46,479 nt of DNA from Methanotrichaceae archaeon (GTDB lineage: Archaea > Halobacteriota > Methanosarcinia > Methanotrichales > Methanotrichaceae): the NCBI GenBank assembly GCA_963754945.1, contig CAVWIG010000010.1:1-46479 (forward strand). Reading direction: 5' to 3'. Made by a program: the position numbers and the translations under genes. Shown one piece after another: positions 40,080 to 46,479 of the stretch (its first letter is position 1; the number at the start of each line of letters is the position of its first letter). Below the pieces are notes generated by a model that had not been told where the DNA came from, searched no databases, and was given only the letters and a program-made list of their open reading frames with translations.

Positions 40080-40718
40080 ATGATTGACCTACACACCCAC
40101 ACCATCTTCAGCGACGGCGAGCTAATACCAAGCGAACTGGTGCGAAGGGCGGAGGTGAAGGGCTACACGGCCATAGGCCTTACCGATCACGTTGATTTCA
40201 CCAACATTGAGCATGTTCTCTCCAGCCTCTCCAAAGCCAAATATTTAGAAGATGTACTGAACATGAAAATCTTTGTTGGGGCGGAGTTGACTCATGTTCC
40301 CCCGGAGAAGATCGAGTCGCTGACGACCCTGGCCAGAAGGCTCGGTGCCGAAATTGTGGTCGTTCACGGCGAAACGCCGGTGGAGCCCGTCCGTCCCGGA
40401 ACCAACCTGGCAGCGATTAAGGCGGGCGTGGACATCCTTGCCCATCCGGGATTTCTGACAGCCGAGGAGGCTGAACTAGCCAGAGACAATAACGTCTGTC
40501 TGGAGATCACCTCTCGGTACGGGCACAACATAACCAACGGGCATGTGGTCCGGCTGGCGAAAGAGGCTGGAGCTAGAATGGTAGTAGATACCGATACTCA
40601 CAGCCCAGAGGATCTCATAGACACAGAACGCGCTATCCAGATCGCTATCGGCGCAGGCCTGACCCCGGGAGAGGCCAGGGGGATTGTGACCGATCATCCG
40701 ATAGTTAGAGATAGTTAG
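40080..40718 (+). CDS. PHP-family phosphoesterase
   Basis: DLHTHT, TDH, ELTH, VHGET, AHPG, DTH. Confidence 0.92.
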   Translation: MIDLHTHTIFSDGELIPSELVRRAEVKGYTAIGLTDHVDFTNIEHVLSSLSKAKYLEDVLNMKIFVGAELTHVPPEKIESLTTLARRLGAEIVVVHGETPVEPVRPGTNLAAIKAGVDILAHPGFLTAEEAELARDNNVCLEITSRYGHNITNGHVVRLAKEAGARMVVDTDTHSPEDLIDTERAIQIAIGAGLTPGEARGIVTDHPIVRDS

Positions 40719-40782
40719 ATAGACTAGGCAAGTTAATTACGTTGTTATTCAGCGATGTTATCGGGACGCAGGAGTTGAATGA

Positions 40783-41181
40783 ATAGACATCGTAGCAGTT
40801 GATATATCAGGTAGGCACGAATTCAAGGGTCGCTATCACATGGTTTGTGCTGCTGTCTCCGCCAGAATCTCCCCGGAGTATATAGAGGAGATCTACCAGG
40901 TGAGACTGAAGCCTTGCGTTGCTGAAATCCTAGACTTAAACATAGTCGTGAATCTGGTAAGTGCGACTTCCCTATGCCTCCATGGAACTATCATCGCTGA
41001 GAAAGGAGACATGTACAACCTAGATGTCTGGAAGGTCAACAGCATTCTGGGAAGGGATTTCAAGTATCCCGAGTCTTTGGGGGAGAGAAACGCCATTGAG
41101 CTGGCTCATCACATCTCTTTTGCGGGAAGGAACCTGATCATACACCAGGAAGACGACAAAAGTTGGAGTGAACACCAATAA
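40783..41181 (+). CDS. conserved methanogen hypothetical protein (DUF2209-like); start uncertain
   Basis: In-frame upstream extension DIVAVDISGRH; LGER.AIELAHHIS. Confidence 0.65.
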   Translation: MDIVAVDISGRHEFKGRYHMVCAAVSARISPEYIEEIYQVRLKPCVAEILDLNIVVNLVSATSLCLHGTIIAEKGDMYNLDVWKVNSILGRDFKYPESLGERNAIELAHHISFAGRNLIIHQEDDKSWSEHQ

Positions 41182-42434
41182 TGAATGATAAAATAGACGA
41201 AGCTAAAACGGCTGTTTTGCTCACGAGAGAGAATCCTAATCAGGCCCCAGACCCGTACAGGGTGGTGGAGCTGAAGGGGCTGGCTGAGGCTGCAGGCTAC
41301 AGGGTTCTCGCAGAGATCGTCCAGCGGCGGGGAAGAGATCACAGGTTCCAGCTTGGCCGAGGCAGGATTCAGGAGGCAATGACCTACAGCCCGAGCAAAC
41401 TGATATTCTACAACGCTCTTAGCCCCAGCCAGGTCTACAACATTCGCAGCGAGTTCTCCACTACGCCAATTGACAGGTTCAACCTCATCCTCGAGATCTT
41501 CGCCTCCCGGGCATCCACCCGCGAAGCCAAGCTGCAGATAGAGCTGGCCAAGCTCACCTACGATGCTCCCTACGTGAGGAACGTCCTTTCTCAGAGGAAG
41601 AAGAGCGAGCAGCCCGGCTTCGGAGGGTCGGGAGCCTACGACGAATCGATGTACAACGACATCAAGTCGAGGATTGCCAAGATCAAGAATGCCCTAATAG
41701 AGGTGGAATCAATAGGAGAGGACCGCCGACTTAGACGTCGCGAGCTGGGATTCGACTTGGTGGCCCTGGCCGGTTACACCAATGCAGGCAAAAGCACTCT
41801 CTTGAATGCCCTAACGAGTTCGGGAGTGGAGGTCAGAGACCAGCCCTTCACCACGCTATCACCAACTACCAGAGCGCTTGATATACGCAGCCGCAGGATC
41901 TTGCTCACCGACACGGTGGGCTTCATAGACGACCTTCCCCTCTTCCTTATTAAGGCCTTCAGGTCCACTCTTTCGGAGATTTCCGAGGCGGATCTTGTCC
42001 TGCTGGTAGCGGACGTGAGCGATTCGTCAGAGACCTTGAGGCGGAAGCTGGTCGCATCCCACAAGGCCTTATGGGATTGTGGTTCTCGAGCACCGATCAT
42101 CACGGTCCTAAACAAGGCTGACCGGCTAAACGTAAGCGAATCGCTGGAACGGCTCGCGGTTGTCAGAGACCTGGCCCCAAATCCAGTCCTTCTTTCAGCC
42201 TCAACAAAGCTTGGATTTGTCGATCTCACGCAGTTGATCTATCAAAAGCTTCAGCCTCTGAAAGAAGTTCAGATCAAGCTTCCATACACCTCTGAAGGAA
42301 TGAGCGAGCTATCCCGGCTTTATGATAGTGCAGAGATGCTGGACGTCAGCTACCAGGAGCAGATGGTGGTAAGGCTGCGGGGCAAAGAAGAGGTTGTTAC
42401 CAAGGCCTTGAGCTCCAGTGCTCGCGAGCTTTGA
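41181..42434 (+). CDS. hflX: GTPase HflX
   Basis: DRFNLILEIF, EAKLQIELA, GYTNAGKS, DTVGFI, NKAD. Confidence 0.97.
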   Translation: MNDKIDEAKTAVLLTRENPNQAPDPYRVVELKGLAEAAGYRVLAEIVQRRGRDHRFQLGRGRIQEAMTYSPSKLIFYNALSPSQVYNIRSEFSTTPIDRFNLILEIFASRASTREAKLQIELAKLTYDAPYVRNVLSQRKKSEQPGFGGSGAYDESMYNDIKSRIAKIKNALIEVESIGEDRRLRRRELGFDLVALAGYTNAGKSTLLNALTSSGVEVRDQPFTTLSPTTRALDIRSRRILLTDTVGFIDDLPLFLIKAFRSTLSEISEADLVLLVADVSDSSETLRRKLVASHKALWDCGSRAPIITVLNKADRLNVSESLERLAVVRDLAPNPVLLSASTKLGFVDLTQLIYQKLQPLKEVQIKLPYTSEGMSELSRLYDSAEMLDVSYQEQMVVRLRGKEEVVTKALSSSAREL

Positions 42435-42509
42435 GCCTTACCATGGCTCAGTGCCCAAAAAGATATACTTGTTTAGAACAAGTTAGACCATTAGACAAAT
42501 AGATCAATC

Positions 42510-43232
42510 ATGCCGGCACCTATTAGAGAGCACTATCAGCTCCGCGAGACTATCGCAACCATCTTCGCCTACGAGCAGAGTCACATCGAGGCGGCCAAGG
42601 AATCGATTAGAGAGCAGCGGAACCTCTTAGAGAAGTTCATCCAGGCCGACCCTTTCTTCATGCTGACCCTGGAACCCTACGAACTCAAGGCGAATGATGC
42701 CCCTAACATAGTCCAGCAGATGATCAAAACCAGCGCAGTCTTCGGCATCGGCCCCATGAGCGCTGTTGCTGGAGTGATAGCCAAGCTTGCAGTCGAGGCC
42801 ATGATCCAAGCCGGTGCGGTATACGCCATTGTGGACAACGGCGGGGACATTTCCATCCTCAATGACCAGGCCGTTCTCGTCGGGATCTATGCGGGAACTT
42901 CGCCAATAAGGGATCTGGCCTTAGAGGTTCCGCCCAGAGTTGAGCCGCTGGGGATATGCACCAGCTCGGGGACAGTCGGGCCTTCGATCAGCTTCGGGTG
43001 CGCCGATGCAGCCCTGATAGTATCAAAAGATCCGGCCCTGGCGGACGCTGCGGCCACGGCCCTGGGCAACGCCGTCCAGCCGGATGGGTCGCTGGAGGAT
43101 TGCTTCAAGGTAATTGACAAGCCGGAGATAGATGGAGCGCTTGTAATCCGGGGTGAGGAGATGGCGGTATGGGGAGAGCTGCCGCCGATACGGAGGGCGC
43201 GGGTGGGCGAAGAGAGAATAACGAAGGGTTAA
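42510..43232 (+). CDS. UPF0280 (ApbE-like) protein
   Basis: [32 protein letters not shown]. Confidence 0.92.
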   Translation: MPAPIREHYQLRETIATIFAYEQSHIEAAKESIREQRNLLEKFIQADPFFMLTLEPYELKANDAPNIVQQMIKTSAVFGIGPMSAVAGVIAKLAVEAMIQAGAVYAIVDNGGDISILNDQAVLVGIYAGTSPIRDLALEVPPRVEPLGICTSSGTVGPSISFGCADAALIVSKDPALADAAATALGNAVQPDGSLEDCFKVIDKPEIDGALVIRGEEMAVWGELPPIRRARVGEERITKG

Positions 43233-43403
43233 TCGCTGCAAAAATGTGCTCTTTTTGTAGCAATTAGTTATTCCATATGTATATCTATAAACGAAGTTAA
43301 AAAGCACACATTAATTATTGTCATTTTATTCGATCAGGCTTCTGAGCTTGATTGTTCTCGCCTTGATGACAGCCCTGTCATCAAATGCAATAGCCGTGAT
43401 CCA

Positions 43404-43730
43404 GTGGATATGATTGCTTCTCCTCTTCAGAGCAATATCAATCTAAGCCAGCAGGAACTTGAGAAGAAGGCAGTTGAACACATAGCCCAGGGCAACTTGA
43501 CAAAGGAGCATATCAGTCAAGATGTAAACGCCACTGCAAAGCAGCTGAAGGAGCAGGCTGCTGAACGTATAAATCAAACATTGAATATTACACCTGAGCA
43601 GCTCCAGCAGAGAGCGAAGGAAGAGCTAAAGAACCAAGTAAACCAGAGGGTCCAGCAGCCTGGCTTTGAGGCCATTCTTGCTGTTGCTGGCATCCTGGGA
43701 ATCGCTTTAGCTCTCAGAAGAAATAACTAG
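43404..43730 (+). CDS. small surface protein with PGF-CTERM archaeosortase signal
   Basis: C-terminal PGFEAILAVAGILGIALALRRNN; signal-peptide-like frame just upstream (~43333-43395). Confidence 0.75.
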   Translation: MDMIASPLQSNINLSQQELEKKAVEHIAQGNLTKEHISQDVNATAKQLKEQAAERINQTLNITPEQLQQRAKEELKNQVNQRVQQPGFEAILAVAGILGIALALRRNN

Positions 43731-43951
43731 GGATTCAATAAGAACTAGTTCTAGCACTTTACATGACAATTCGGAGTCTCAGCCAGTCCACGGAGCTAGC
43801 ATAAGAGATAGCGGCAGGCGGGGGTTGAAGCCATCTGCAATGCTTGGTCTCTAGGGTAATCCTACGAGCCTATCATAGCTGAAGATAAATACAATCCAAG
43901 TAAAAGGAGCTAAAGATCCAAGTGAAACTTAAGGAAGCTCCTTAAAGGGGG

Positions 43952-46479
<2,528 letters not shown>

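Overview
Archaeal DNA, most consistent with a Methanothrix/Methanotrichales-like methanogen (archaeal RNase P RNA, TrmY, SRP19, two Cdc48, PGF-CTERM protein, small PurL-PurQ-PurS). Positions 1-16.8 kb are an accessory mosaic between a PIN-domain ATPase gene and purL, built from two sets of direct repeats. (i) Three copies of an att-like core, TTGCC-GCTCTT-GGC(A/T)A, derive from the ATPase 5' region; two carry the ATPase 5' end plus the 3' tip of a tyrosine integrase. (ii) Three copies of a ~250-350 bp module encode an unannotated 50-aa CxxC...HxxC microprotein and separate blocks of mostly secreted cargo. The remainder is mostly core: purLQS, Ku + LigD-type ligase, flavodoxin, cdc48 x2, rnpB, trmY, srp19, hflX and a P-type ATPase. 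It also holds an IS5, a nested IS66-like/IS701::IS630 cluster and a GrpB gene with integron-cassette-like ends. Many single-base frameshifts may be read or assembly errors rather than true pseudogenes. All calls are by-eye motif recognition; no searches were run.
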